Numbered from the stretch's first letter, positions 14,710 to 28,248 are shown. The stretch is DNA of 64,000 bases from Antedon mediterranea (GCF_964355755.1 NC_092680.1:6696001-6760000), one strand, 5' to 3'. Made by a program: numbers and translations. The notes: generated from the sequence alone by a model not told the origin.

Positions 14710-16103
14710 ATAGACTGCTGATTAGTGTTAGACATCTAAAGCTAGCAGCACAAAGCATATAATGATGCTAAATCTGTGATTTTACCCTTCAGTTGAACGC
14801 CACCAATAAAAAGACATGACTACGAATATGAATATTAGACCAACAGCATACCTGTACCCTAGGCTTATGACCGAGCATTAGCTAAACATCAAATATATTA
14901 TAGGTTTTCAATTTTACAAGAACAGTACACTTTGCGTTGGCGATATGATTTTTGTAAATTAAATACATTAATCAGATAATTTTCAGTTATGTTTGAAATC
15001 ACTGCAAGTACCTTTGTCCTGGTAACTATATGCACATACAGTTTTATAGTTTCAAATGACCCCTAATAATAATGGAATAGTCCAATGAATATTGATCATT
15101 AAATTATCAAAGGAGCCCAATCATATGTGTGATGTAAATTAAATTTACACACCTATCATCAACATCACACAGATATACACATTCCCATAGACAGACACCT
15201 GCAGGCAAACCTGACCAAACATAGCCTAGCCTTCACAGAAAATAGCAACTGTCAAGATATATAAGCCCCTGCGGAGAACACAGCATTCCACAGCCTAGCA
15301 TGAATATAATTTGTCTTCAGGAGTGTTTATGTTATTATTACTAGTCTTTTGCAGTTGTTGATGGGGCTGTGGTGACTTTGGCTAGCAAGGCATTCTGTAT
15401 GCAGGGGGGCTTGGCTTCACTCCAGTTGCGCAGTTGACAGACAGAAAACTGAGCAGTTGATATTCATCTCTCCAGGGAGAAGTTATCTGGCCTCATTAAA
15501 ATAACAGACACTATAGTGATAAAAAACACAACAGCTAGGCAAGATCAAATGACTCAGGCGTTAGGCTATAATCAAAACATGGAACATGAACCAGCACGAT
15601 CTTATATATATGAAAAGGAAACTCTTAATATAATTCTCTCGGGTATACAGCCTATCCTTTACAATCTGAGGCAGGGTGGAAACAATTTACTGATGTTTTA
15701 ATAGCCATGAGGAATGATCTAGCAATTTTGTTGCCAATGAACTGAATTTAGTATTTTCGATATCTATGTTTTGCTCTTTCTTCCCACCAGGATCATTATT
15801 GAAGGAAGGCGACATGCTGTTTAATATTCCGTTCTTTTCAAGTAGATTTATTGACATTTGGTGAACAGTAACAGTTTCGTTATTAGACAGAAAAAAATAT
15901 TAAAAAATAAACTACAGTATCATCTAATATGTAGTACTAATAACAAGGTGTGTCTTTAATTCCAAACAATATGTTTATAAAAAACTACAATTGAATTCAA
16001 ATTATTTATTTATTCTTATCTTATCGTTACAAAAAAGATCTGTTTTGGTTTTTATAAAACAAAATTGTATATAAACACCCCAAAAATACAGAGAACATTT
16101 GTA

Positions 16104-16340
16104 ATAAGATAAGATAAGATAAGATAAATCTTTATTGTCATGAACACAACAAGGCGAACATGAAATTGGTTTTCCTTGATGCTTAAAAACACATACAATA
16201 TATAAAACATTAAAAATATCAATACAATACATTAAAACTATATACAGTAGTAAACAAGTAAACAAACTATCTTTGGAATGTTGTGTTGGAAACATGAATA
16301 GAGTTGTGGACTTGTATTGTATCGTTATTAAACGCCTTGT
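16104..16340 (-). mobile_element. LINE 3' end with (TCTTA)n tail
   Basis: Minus strand GACAATAAAGATT followed by (TATCT)n, preceded by a T-rich UTR-like sequence. Confidence 0.5.
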
Positions 16341-17313
16341 TAAATTCATGCCAATAAACCTCTCAAGAAACTTCCATTTCCAAGAAAACGCAATTTCTGA
16401 ATATAATATTTATAATAAATGTAATACATTACAAGTAGTGAAATATTTAATATGAATATGATAAAATTATGTTCAGTTCATAATACAGTAAATATAGATT
16501 TCGTATTTCCTCAGAATCGTATCGCGGAAAAAGTAAAGTCTAGGCTTTTGATTATAGTTCTGATGATAATTATTTCTTATGACTTTAAACTTATAATTTT
16601 AAGACCATTTATATCATTATTAAATGACTTTTTATGTTCATGCTCACCTGCAATTTTGCTGGTATTGTACATTAGAAACAAAAATAATGCATGATATAGG
16701 AAATGAAATACATAACAATAAAGGGGAAAAAATATAACATATTATGAGGGCTATTCAGTCTGTAGCATGCTATTTTTATTCTATACTGTACACATTACCT
16801 GATGTTCAAGAGGTCTCACACTCACTACTAAGTGTAAACAATTTGTAAATGCAAGATATTATGACAGACTATAGTGCTAAATTCCTAGATTATATGACAT
16901 ACTCAACTGACCAAAAAAAATAAACAAATGGTTAATTCTAAGCAAAGTTCATGGAAAATAGAATTTGCAGAAACCAGGCTTTAAAAACAAATTATTAAAT
17001 CTCTACTTTTACTAATTAAATTTCTCATTTTGGATTTTTTGTATGATATTGATATAGCTGTCAACTGATTTTTTTTGACAAGGTCTAAAAAAATGTAAGA
17101 TCCTATTTTTTCTCAATTTAAAAAAAAAAAAAAATATGCATAAAAGAAAATAAATTTCGAGGATCCAACAAAATGGTGTAGCTAGGTATTTTTTACATAA
17201 TTAGATGTAAGAATCACCATGCATATAATTGTGCAAAAGTGAAGCATAAATGGATTCTGGAGGCAGGAAAGAACAAACAAATATTATTGTGCAATATCAT
17301 CGAACAAAACTCT

Positions 17314-17738
17314 TGGTCTGTTTCTGCTGCATAGTGTTGAATAAACCGATTATTTAAAAAATGTAATTTTCATATTGATTACATTTCTTCTCAATTTTTG
17401 CTCCAAAATAACCATTTAAATCAGTGGCTGGTCGTTAGAATTACCCAAAATGCAATTGGTCCTTGCGGTTTATTTAAACGTTACTGCAGTGAAGTTGACT
17501 CAAAGTTAACAGCTGTCAATAAAATAACCGTTATTTCGTGTTGCAGCTATAAATTGCTCAACAATAACCGGTTAAATTCTGTTCTAAAACCGAATTGAAT
17601 GGGTGTTTATAACCTGTTATTTTGCACTGTCCTTTAAACGGTTACCACAAAATTGTCCCGTTTCTGCTCTCAAGAAAATGGAATTAATTTATTGACACCG
17701 TTTTTAACCAGTTATTTTTATGAAGCAGAAACAGGCCC
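17314..17738. mobile_element. Harbinger-like family C relative
   Basis: GGTCTGTTTCTGCT ... AGCAGAAACAGGCCC; AATAACCG motifs. Confidence 0.7.
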
Positions 17739-19943
17739 TGTAAAAACTGTGTACACTGAAGATAATGATGATTATTACAGTAATTTATAAATAAATTTTG
17801 TTATCATTCTCAAACAATAGACTATGTTGTTCACTCTAGAGGGGGTACTGCACTTTAAAAAATGAATCGGGGATATTACTAACTTTGAGTCAAAACACTA
17901 AGAAAGTCTCAAGACAAAGGGAACCAATTAAGCTGTATATAATCTGTAAGGAAATGATAGGCAATTGGACGCGGTCTGTTCACTTCCTGTGATTTCCAGG
18001 AGTGGTTCAGAGATTGTTTCAACAATTTCCACCATCTCTCTTGTGTATAGTTGAGAAGGCATAACAAGACCTAATCAAGATACGTCTAATAGCAGTACCT
18101 GGAAGTCGTTGGCCAACCTGTACTTCCTTTATCTCTTTCATAAGTGCCTGCTGTTGCAGTGGTGCATAAACAACAGGAATAAAGCTGTTACTGATACTAT
18201 TATAAACAATGAATAAGCACTATATAATTGACGAACAATTGTGTTTGTCATTCAGTTAATGTCTACGAAACTGAAATCAGAAAAACCTCCCAACAATGGA
18301 ACAAACTATTTCACAATAGGGAAATGTCTAAAGAAAGTTATGTTCCATTTTATAGATAGGTTATTTCCTACAACCTACACAATTATTTTCCACATCTACA
18401 TTATAACACTAAACCCAAATCCTTTATATGTTTCATACTCTTTTTCTATCTAAGAAATGATATTATATTTGTCCAGTTCCTTTAGACTGCAAACAACACA
18501 GCAACACAATCACAAGAAATAGTATAACAATTTACAGAACATTACCCAATATGGAGCATGCTCAGTAACCAAACAAAGTATGTTGGCTAAATCATAAATC
18601 AAATCATACAGACATTGAGTGTAACTTTTGGGCTCTGCTTGTTCAGATGCCTTTTTACATTTATCAATTGTTGGATGACAAAGAAGTATCTCAAGATATA
18701 AATTTTGGATGTCTATTGTAAAAAATCTTTGTTTAAAAGTTTGCATGGCGAATAAACACTACTAAAGTTAGGTTTACATCATGTTTTTCCAAAAGGAATA
18801 AAGTATGTTTGAGAATCTAAAGCCTGTTTAGCTCTCGCCTAAATCCGCACCTGGAAGGTATATTTACTGTTTTCTGTGTGAACAGAATCCAAGCAAAAGG
18901 CGAAAAATTTGCATATTTTAAAAAACAGAAGAGGATTCAACTTTGATCTTTGTTTTAACATTTTAGTGCGGTCCCCTTTAATACAGATTAGGCTTAGTTA
19001 GCACTGATGGTACAAGTATTAAATATTATCAGAATTTGAATAGTTCAAGAGATAGTATTTAGACCCTTTCACTTTTTTTAAGCCATCATTTGTTGTACAT
19101 GTGAATTAGCGGCACTGCGGCTCTGTGCAAAAGTTAGTGAATAATTTGACAAAACAGAGCAGACGTGTTTACCTAGATGATCTGCAGTTTAAAAGTTGAT
19201 GTAGAATACATTGTCAGGTCAATAGGGAACTAAAAGCAAAGAATATAATATCTGTTTATGATGGTATATTTATTCTTCTCAAGTAAATAAGATAAACTTG
19301 GTTACCTATCTAAAATATTTACATAAAGAGAAGACTAGTACAATAGACAATTGCCACTTCGCAAACAAAGTGACAAATTATGTTGGAATTAGAGGCCAAG
19401 CTGATAGCCAACAAGAGCTATGTCAATATATAGAATTATTAACATAAAAACAGAAATCAATTATGTAAATAAAGATTTGAATTGTCCTATAATGTGTCAT
19501 TCAACATATTGAAGGTTAAATAGGAAAACCACAGGTTGGTTCATTATTTTTCTTATAAAAAATGAAATGGAAAATTGCATAATTTGGTATCAATCAAGCA
19601 AGTTCTGATATAAAGAATTCAATGGTATGGTATACCATGAGTATTTACAGTAGTTAGCTCTGTGGGTGTAGTAATGTTTAATGCTGAGAATGTTTGAAAG
19701 TCACAAATTTATATATAGAGCCAGGCTGCAATGCGCTGCTAAAATGTGCCTGCATGTCCACTGACACTGGTTCGAATCCAGTCCAGTGATTTACGTATCA
19801 ACCAAACTGGAATACAATAACACACTCATAATCAGTTTACCACTAGGCCATTATATACATTCATGAAGTACCCCTAATATCACTAATAGTAATAGTTTTA
19901 ATTTTCATAATTTCGGTTGTCAGTAGGGCACTAAGATTACTAA

Positions 19944-20715
19944 GGGTCTGTTTCTGCTGGAAAAATAATCGATATCACAAACCACAGAATTGACCGCGTT
20001 GCAACTGAAAATTTTCTCCGACATTAATCGAATATAGTAAACGCATTTTAAAAATCACGCCATCCATACCCACAATGCAGTTCAAGTTATGAAAGACCAA
20101 TGAGAGTTGGTAGTTTGTTTACATCCTATCGCTGTCTAAAACTCTCACATGCAGGATTAAAAACTGAACTCTTACGAAAAGCTATATTATTTGTAAAATA
20201 AACATCTAGGCCTACTACCGTACCACATACAACATAATAATGATGTTATATTAATAAGGGCACGTCGGCAAGAAAAGTTTGTTTCGCCGTTGGTTCTACT
20301 CTAGCTAGGCTAGGCCCTAGAGTAGAACTGGACTGGTGGGATGTAATGGTGTACTCTGTATAATTTTCCCCCACAAAATAATAACAATCAAATGTTATCT
20401 CATCGGTCCTCATCGTTTTTTTGCTGATCGTTGTCAATCGCGCAAATAAATAGTATGCTTTGTGAATGAGGGTTGCCATACTCTAGAGGTCAAAGTGTGG
20501 TCAATAATCGCTATTTGTGTTGCAGCTTAAAACTGATCCGCAATAATTGGTTAAACAAGAAATAATCGGTTAAAACATGCAATGGATTGAGTGTTTTTAA
20601 TCGGTTATTTTTTAATCGGTTATTTCATTTTTCACCATTTCTGCTGCCCAAAAATAATCAATTAAAAAAATAATTGGTTAATAACTGATTATTCCTGCTC
20701 AGCAGAAACAGGCCC
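19944..20715. mobile_element. Harbinger-like non-autonomous element family C
   Basis: TIR GGGTCTGTTTCTGCT / AGCAGAAACAGGCCC; subterminal AATAATCGGTT motifs. Confidence 0.75.
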
Positions 20716-21309
20716 TGGGTTTAAGCTCAGTCACTTATATTATACAGGCAGATAGTAGTTTTGTTTAATTAAACAAAAACAAATATTTACCCTATATTTG
20801 ATAAATGCACTTTTACATTTATGCTCCTTACCAACTGTTACTGTCACCTGGTAACAGGGTGAACTTTTATTGCATAATCACAGTGTCATCAACATAATAT
20901 GACATAGATAGAAGCAATATTTACTATACATTCCATTTCATAATCAGAATATGCACACAAAGATTTCTGGGGCAGTGATAACAGGATGTGGCCTATCTAT
21001 AAAGCCCCAATTCAAATGTGTTAAAAACACTAACATGCTAACTACCAGGTACCGAAATCATGAACCACTTAAGATCTCTCAGCAACAGACAGACAACTCT
21101 AAATTGGAGATATTTGTGTACCTGATTAACATAAGAAAAAGAAATGAAAAAAATGTGTTTGATTAATCTCTGAGCACTTGTTACCCTGATCATAATTGGG
21201 GGCAGTGTCTACTGTAATCTAAATATGTTTGCAATAGACTTATTATTAATTAATATGACTGTTGTAATATATTTTTAAGACTGACTACAATTAAAATTCA
21301 TGTTTTTAT

Positions 21310-21590
21310 AGCCTGTTTTACTGAATATGTCTAGACTGAGTACTAATAGACTCATTGCTTTTGTGCCTAGTGTTATTTCCAAATAGTATAGCCTTATAGA
21401 CTCATTTGTTACTTCTAAATACGTATAGACCGAGTGCTAAGTGCACTATTTATTCCCAATAGTATTGCCTGTAGTGCTAGACTAACTGCTTTATATATAG
21501 TGTTACTTCTATTTTAATGTATAGACTGTGTGTTCTATGTGCCTAATTGACTGCTTTTATGCCTATGTTACTCTAAATATGCCTATATTG
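21310..21590. repeat. Degenerate tandem repeat
   Basis: Recurring TATAGAC(T/C)G, TGCTTTT and TGTTA(C/T)TTC..AAAT motifs. Confidence 0.5.
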
Positions 21591-22149
21591 GTTATGTAAT
21601 AACTTATGTAATATTTTAAATATATATTTAACATTTGACTACTTCTCATCAATTTGGACCAGTTAGGTAATCTGCCAAATGCAACATTCATGTACAGTAT
21701 GCCCTTTTATTAGTTTTAATCAGTGGTGACTAAGTTGTATATTTATATACAAGGAAAATTATATAATAAAAATGAATAAAAAATCATTTATTTAAACCAA
21801 ATTACTGTATGCCTAACTAGTGCAGTTCAGATTAAATAGGCAAAGGTTAAGCATTTGATAAATTGATGTTTATTTTAGTATGGTATATTTGATGTCTTTG
21901 AGTAAATAAGATAAAGTTGTTTGCCTATCTAAATATTAGCACAGAAAAGACAATATATTATCACTTTGTAAACAATATGTGTTGGTGACATTAAAAAAAA
22001 TGTAACAATATTAATATAAAAAAGTGTAAAGTCAAGTTAATTAACATTACGTCCTGTTTTTGCTGCGAAAAAATAACTGGATTTTACCATATGAATGAAT
22101 TAATTTAGTACCAACTTGAGACCAGTCAAAAATAAATGAGGGAGTGAGA

Positions 22150-23110
22150 AAGAAGGGAATGGGGAAATGGAAGAAAGGAGGAGGGAGGGAAATGGAGGGG
22201 GAAAAGGAAAAGGGAGGGAGAAAAGGAAAAGGGAGGGAAAGGGGAGGAAGGGAAAGAGAGGGGGGAAAGGAAAAGGGAGGGAGAAAAGGAAAAGGGAGGG
22301 AGAAAAGGAAAAGGGAGGGAGAAAAGGAAAAGGGAGGGAAAGGGGAGGGAGGGAAAGAGAGGGGGAAAAGGAAAAGGGAGGGAGAAAAGGAAAAGGGAGG
22401 GAGAAAAGGAAAAGGGAGGGAGAAAAGGAAAAGGGAGGGAAAGGGGAGGGAGGGAAAGAGAGGGAGAAAAGGAAAAGGGAGGGAGAAAAGGAAAAGGGAG
22501 GGAGAAAAGGAAAAGGGAGGGAAAGGGGAGGGAGGGAAAGAGAGGGGGAAAAGGAAAAGGGAGGGAGAAAAGGAAAAGGGAGAGAAAGGGGAGGGAGGGA
22601 AAGAGAGGGGGAAAAGGAAAAGGGAGGGAGAAAAGGAAAAGGGAGGGAAAGCGGAGGGAGGGAAAGGGAGGGAGAAAAGGAAAAGGGAGGGAGAAAAGGA
22701 AAAGGGAGGGAGAAAAGGAAAAGGGAGGGAAAGGGGAGGGAGGGAAAGGGAGAAGGGAGGGAATAGAGGGAAAGGAACTAAGGGAAGGAAAAGAGAGGGA
22801 ATGGAGGGAAAGGGGATGGAGGGAAAAAGAGGGGGAAAAGGAAAAGGGAGGGAAAGGGGAGGGAGGGAAAGGGAGAAGGGAGGGAATAGAGGGAAAGGAA
22901 CTAAGGGAAGGAAAAGAGAGGGAATGGAGGGAAAGGGGATGGAGGGAAAAAGAGGGGGAAAAGGAAAAGGGAGGGAAAGGGGAGGGAGGGAAAGGGAGAA
23001 GGGAGGGAATGGAGGGAAAGGGACTAAGGGAAGGAAAAGAGAGGGAATGGAGGGAAAGGGAGGGGATGGAAAGGAAGAAGGGAGGGAAAGAATACTAGAT
23101 GGAGAGGAAG
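22150..23110. repeat. ~950-bp polypurine/polypyrimidine compound minisatellite
   Basis: Almost only A/G; units GGGAGGGAGAAAAGGAAAA and GGGAAAGGGGAGGGAGGGAAAG, with a ~120-bp higher-order repeat in the right part. Confidence 0.97.
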
Positions 23111-24270
23111 GAGTAAAAAGTGGAAGAGGTGTTATGGCTTTCAATGGGATGGATTTAAAAATACAGTAGACACAGTAGTCATTTTCATGAATAAACTACT
23201 AAGTGTTGTACTTTTAAAAGAGGAAGGCATATGGCATAAAGACTGTGTTGACAACAGATAACTGACAGACTATGCTTCAGATCAGATTACAGTTTTCTAT
23301 AACCCCAATCTCGTTTCCGTTTCGTACATATATCAACTGAGAGTCATTCTAGTCCTATTCAACAACGTGAAACAATGATAGAAAGTACAAAGTCCAAATG
23401 TCAGACGTGAAGATTTGAATTACAAAAATATTGTCATTGTTATCCACGTAATCCATCAGGGTTTGTTGCTATTAACATGGAGGAATTACTCCTCCTATAA
23501 AACAACAACTTTTCATAATGTTTATGGTTACTGATTTACTGAATTAGTCTAAACGACCCAATTTGCTGATGGGCTATATTAACTTCAATCTCTTCACACT
23601 GATAACTAATGATATAATATGTTATCGCCATACAATTACATCTTATCAACATGGCTGTTCAATCTCTTATACAAATATTAAGCTTATCATCAGCAGAATG
23701 CATCTGAAATTATAATTTTGGTCTAACATGTGATATTTACATTGTAAATAACCTGAGTGACTGTATACACAGTAGGCAAACAATTAATCACTATACAAAT
23801 ACCGGTTTGGAACTACAAAATAAATGACATTTTCAGTAGTGTACAGAGTAAACTGTTGATATAGATTAGAACAAACATGTTGAAATCTAATGATATTTAT
23901 TGGTAAACACTGTACCATCATAACTAAGCTAACAATGTTATTATACTAGCCTCTATTTTCTGATATATTACTGTTTGTTTGTTGATGATCGTTTACATTT
24001 TAATCTATTATATCATGCATTTGTTTGTATAGAGAGGATTTTTATGGCCTTATTCACTTTTGTACTGCTCACAGACAAATAGGTGTATACTTTATTCTCG
24101 TTGTTTGTCATAAAAGCCTACCAGATGTTGTTAATTGTTTAGTATATGATGGATCTCATGGTTTAGTATGACCAACATAATAATGGTGTTTTGGTTTTGT
24201 ATTTTTCACATTTTAACTTTTTCATCAATTATACGGGGATGTGTATTGAACAGTGAGATTCGCTACATAA

Positions 24271-24401
24271 ACCTTGTCTACACTTTCAAACTAGTTTGAC
24301 AGAAAAACGTAGTATGCCCAAATATGGTCGTTATCATATCCATATATGGGTACATCATATTTTGTTTTCACATAGAGATCAATAGGAGTGTAGACAGAGC
24401 G
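24271..24401. mobile_element. MITE family A, copy
   Basis: TGTCTACACTTTCAAACTAGTTTGAC ... GTGTAGACAGAGC; TAA flanks. Confidence 0.7.
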
Positions 24402-25404
24402 TAAGAATAAATCAATTATTAATCAAGTTATGTTTAGGCAGATTGATCATGCAATGCTTGTGCTACGAACAGAATAGGACAGTTTCAATATGCGACTACT
24501 CAGTGTGACCACGGAGCAGCATGTATTGTGTGTCGTCACATAAACCTACAATCTTCCAAAGTGTGTCGAGAAATTGAGTAAAGAGAATGATGCTCGAATG
24601 TCACTGCATGTGCACAATGAAACTTAACATTTAAAAAGAAAATTGTCTGCAATTTAGCAGGTCTACCTCCTTACTATTACATAAAAGCTATATATGTACT
24701 TAATATTATTATCTTTGGTATCCTATAATCCAGGTTAACTTGTTTGTTTAATAATACCTATTTTGTAATAACCAAACAATCGCAGCAAAAACATCGACCT
24801 TTTAACTTGTTATGAATCAAGATAAACATCAATATCATTTTTGAAAACACAGTTAATATCTGAATAAATATTTTACCAGGGTTCGGTAGTTGAGTATGTT
24901 TATGTATCAACAGATAAAGTTTTGTAAGCTTACATGTTTACTGAAAGTACATAGGTTATTAAAAAGTGGGGTGAACCTGTGCAATTATTCGGCGATAGTT
25001 TCTGAACCACTCGCCAAATGTTGTGGTTTTCAATCACAATGCTAAAACCAACTTTACTAAGTGTAATTTTTTATAATAAAATTGTCCCATGATGATGAAG
25101 GCATAATTATGATTGGAAAATAATAAATTTTCGTAACATGTTAACTCAAATTCAAATACCATAATTTCTGGAAAACAAGACATACTGTCTTAAGCCAGCC
25201 CAGTGGTGTCTGGTATTGTGAGATTTAATATCAATACAGCAATGAAACTAAAGCCTGGACATTTTCAAAAACAATTCCTACCTACCTTTCAATCTTTCTG
25301 TTCTGATTCTACCAGTTAAGGTATGTTTCAAACAATAGTTCCTCTCAAATTATAATAATGCTGAAAATTAGAAATAAATAAAATTGCTTCATTCCTTCAC
25401 TTAC

Positions 25405-25584
25405 CATCTTCTTCTGTGCTTGAATTCTGTCCATGGAGTCACCTGTTACTTGCCCGACTTCTCCACTTGCACTTTGTGATGGAGCTAGGAATACCATGTT
25501 CTTGCTGTCATACGTGAACGTGAAACCGCGCACCTTGCTGAGGGAGTGTCCAAATTGACGAAGACATGCAACACGAATCAGTAC
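25405..25584 (-). CDS. SMG5: SMG5 exon 14 (VLIRVACLRQFGHSLSKV...QAQKKM), last exon identifiable in the window
   Basis: Matches SMG5 VVRICCIRSFGHFIA...QAQFRM; cag|...|gtaag; 180 nt, phase 0. Confidence 0.92.
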
Positions 25585-25630
25585 CTGCATATTAAGTAAT
25601 ATTAATAATTGGATGGGGGAAGTTGGATAA

Positions 25631-25727
25631 AGCTCTGTCTACATTATCAAACTAGTTTGACAAAAAAGTGTGATGTGCCTAAAGATAGTAGTGATGACAT
25701 TTTCTGTTTGATAGTGTAGACAGAGCT
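25631..25727. mobile_element. MITE family A, internally deleted copy (SMG5 intron 13)
   Basis: AGCTCTGTCTACATTATCAAAC ... GTTTGATAGTGTAGACAGAGCT. Confidence 0.75.
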
Positions 25728-25937
25728 GAAGTGAATGATAAGACTCACCTTGCAAACATAACAAATATGTTTCCACCTCACAATTCCCACTTTTTATTTA
25801 ATTTATTTATATTGTGTAGGATTATCTTTTTTTGTTGTATCCTAGTTAACTGTTGTCCTCAATCTCTTTGTTAACCGAGACAGGTATAAAAAGTTTGCAA
25901 TTGTGAGATGGAAAACATATTTTGATTCCATTTTTAC

Positions 25938-26116
25938 CTCCTCATGGCATGAGAGACAGAGCTGGTGACAGAGGTCAAACTTCATCCACTTCTGAACGTC
26001 TCTTAGTGGTGGAATCTTCCAGACCATGATGTCTTCTGTGATTGGCAGTTCCTGATGCCATTGCACATTCTGGTTAGCTTCATTGATGATTGTTTCAACA
26101 GGTGCCCTGCAGGTAT
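25938..26116 (-). CDS. SMG5: SMG5 exon 13 (...LPITEDIMVWKIPPLRDVQKWMKFD...HEE)
   Basis: Matches SMG5 LPEDMALRNLPPLR..RFNFD; tag|...|gtaaa; 179 nt; follows an 11.5-kb intron. Confidence 0.9.
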
Positions 26117-27337
26117 CTATAATAGTAAAACAGATTATGTTATGTTATGTTTTTGATAAATGCTTAAAAAGAAATATCCATGATCTGTAGGTAGTATACG
26201 GCATGAGAGCTCCCAACGGCCAAATTCCGAGCGCAAAATGTTTACATGGCTTTGTTTGAAAACTTTCCTATTCTAATAGAACCGACAATATAAGGGAAAA
26301 GAATGACTCTAAGAAAAAAAATGTGAAACAATAGTAACAAAAAGTATTTCTGTTACTCAACAACCCTGTATGACATGACATGATTTAGCTATACAAAACT
26401 GTCCAAATTTATCAAGTTAAATTTAATTAAATTAACATTTTTCCTTACAGTTTTCGTACTCATATATTTCACTTATAAAATAATACAGTTGACATTTTTC
26501 AGACATCAAAACAACGCCAAAATGTGACACAATCTTCTCAGACAGTAATAAAATGTCCTTAGAGAACAGTGGTATATTGGCCAAGCGCTGCTGCCCCACT
26601 ATTTTTGATTGACTGCCCAACTGAGCGACAGGGCTGGCATATAAAAGTCAACCTGGGGCAGCAGGACATGAGAGGATGTTTTTAAGCTTGTTGTTTACCT
26701 AGATATTCTTATCCACCTTCCACACTGATGTTACTGCAACATTCAAAAGGAAGGTTAAATGTTAAAGAGAAACCAAATTTATAAGTTTGATAACAGATAC
26801 ATTTTTCAAATAATTGTTTTCTTTTTCAGAAAAATTTACCCCTTATAATAGGCCTATGCCTTTACAGTTAATTCAATTTAGCCCTATCATTGGGTATATT
26901 AATACTCCATGCTAAAATTAATTTTGATATGCTTTTAATTAACCTTACAAAATAGTTATCAGTGTATAATGACGAATATATTCAAAACGGAAATTAACTG
27001 ATACATTTGAGTTTGAAAATATATTTGTCAATCAGCATGTGTAACCACAAGACTTGTAAATGTCAATTTATTCATGATATATTGATATTTTAAAGCATTT
27101 CTGCAGTTTATAACATTTGCATGTTGTATTGAAATAACACAAGATGTAGGTGAGGCTTTACATTTAAGATCGGTTCAACAAATGTTAAATAAAGCCACAT
27201 CATATTGTTAACTGTTATTTGTTCAAAAAATAAATCTACTGTATTTATATGTACAAATAAATCTCTCAATGGGTATCAATCTTCTCAAAATAAATGCATG
27301 TTTATCAAATAAAGATTTTCAATATTTTATTACTTCT

Positions 27338-27605
27338 ATCGGTTCATGTCACATCACCAAAGTTAAGCAACGTTGGGCCCAGTTAGAGTTTCAATGGGAG
27401 ACCATCTGGGAATGTTGGGTGCTATATATATAGAGCTGGGGTCCTATTAGGCATTTGAAATTTGACTCTTATGGCAGCCCATGCATCTAGAATCTGCCTC
27501 AGAATTGGCTCATGCCTCTCCTCTGGTTAAGGTGGGCACTGGAGATAAAAGCCCTTGATTAATCAACCCAGGTGCTTTAAACAGTCCTGGCTTAGTTTCA
27601 TCCAT
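27338..27605 (+). mobile_element. 5S rRNA-derived SINE, copy 2 (more diverged)
   Basis: Same 5S-like head and same body (GAGCTGGGGTCC..TTAGGCATTTGAAAT..GGTGCTTTAAACAGTCCTGGCTT) as copy 1. Confidence 0.78.
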
Positions 27606-28209
27606 CATTTCAAATGAATGTTAGACTACAGTAATTGACATTGTCGTTCGCTACAGACGTCGGCCAAAATACTATACTATTGAACACTGTGAAATAAATA
27701 TCCTCCATTCAGTTTTGTCTAAAGCTCCTCATTTGAAATTCAGAACCTGAAACTAGCACCTTTTTTTTTTTGACCTAATGTTATATAAACTTTGCAATGC
27801 CAGAAGGCTTGATTTACGACTTAAATGTATTTCATTGAAACCTAACTAAATGTGATGATAGATGATACAGTCCTCAGTACATAAATTAACATAGCATACA
27901 AATAATGAATGTTTGTGAATTGAATAGGGACTATATTTTATGGGTTTAATAGATCATTCAGGCTTCCAATGAATTTAAACATTCTGCCTATTCAATGAAT
28001 ACAAAACATTCATTATTATTCGAAAGTAAACTTTTATTCAATTAATCTGCAAGTTGAATCACATGTTCAATACTAGGTAAGAGGCTATATCGTTTTAAAA
28101 AAAAAGCAGGCTTGGATTTTGATTGTGGAGTACATATAGGCAGCACACTATAGGCTGATTTTAAAAGAAAAAAAGTCACCAGCCTTGTGTTGCAGACAAT
28201 TCCCATGCA

Positions 28210-28248
28210 GTAAAACCATGGAGGTATTTTATACCTCCATGGTAAAAC
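28210..28248. other. P-type excision footprint abutting the P element (TSD GTAAAAC)
   Basis: GTAAAAC-CATGGAGGTATTTTATACCTCCATG-GTAAAAC. Confidence 0.8.

Noticed and set aside
18099-18147. Possible SMG5 exon 15 (ALMKEIKEVQVGQRLP)
   Set aside because: Only faint similarity to the expected LMRDMAQLRL, poor polypyrimidine tract, and wrong end phase.
19725-19790. tRNA gene (GGTTCGAATCC B box)
   Set aside because: No convincing A box or cloverleaf stems; at most a decayed SINE head.
22047-23169. Three long ORFs (365, 341 and 199 aa) of P/F/S or G/K/E/R
   Set aside because: Artefacts of the polypurine repeat, which lacks stop codons on both strands.
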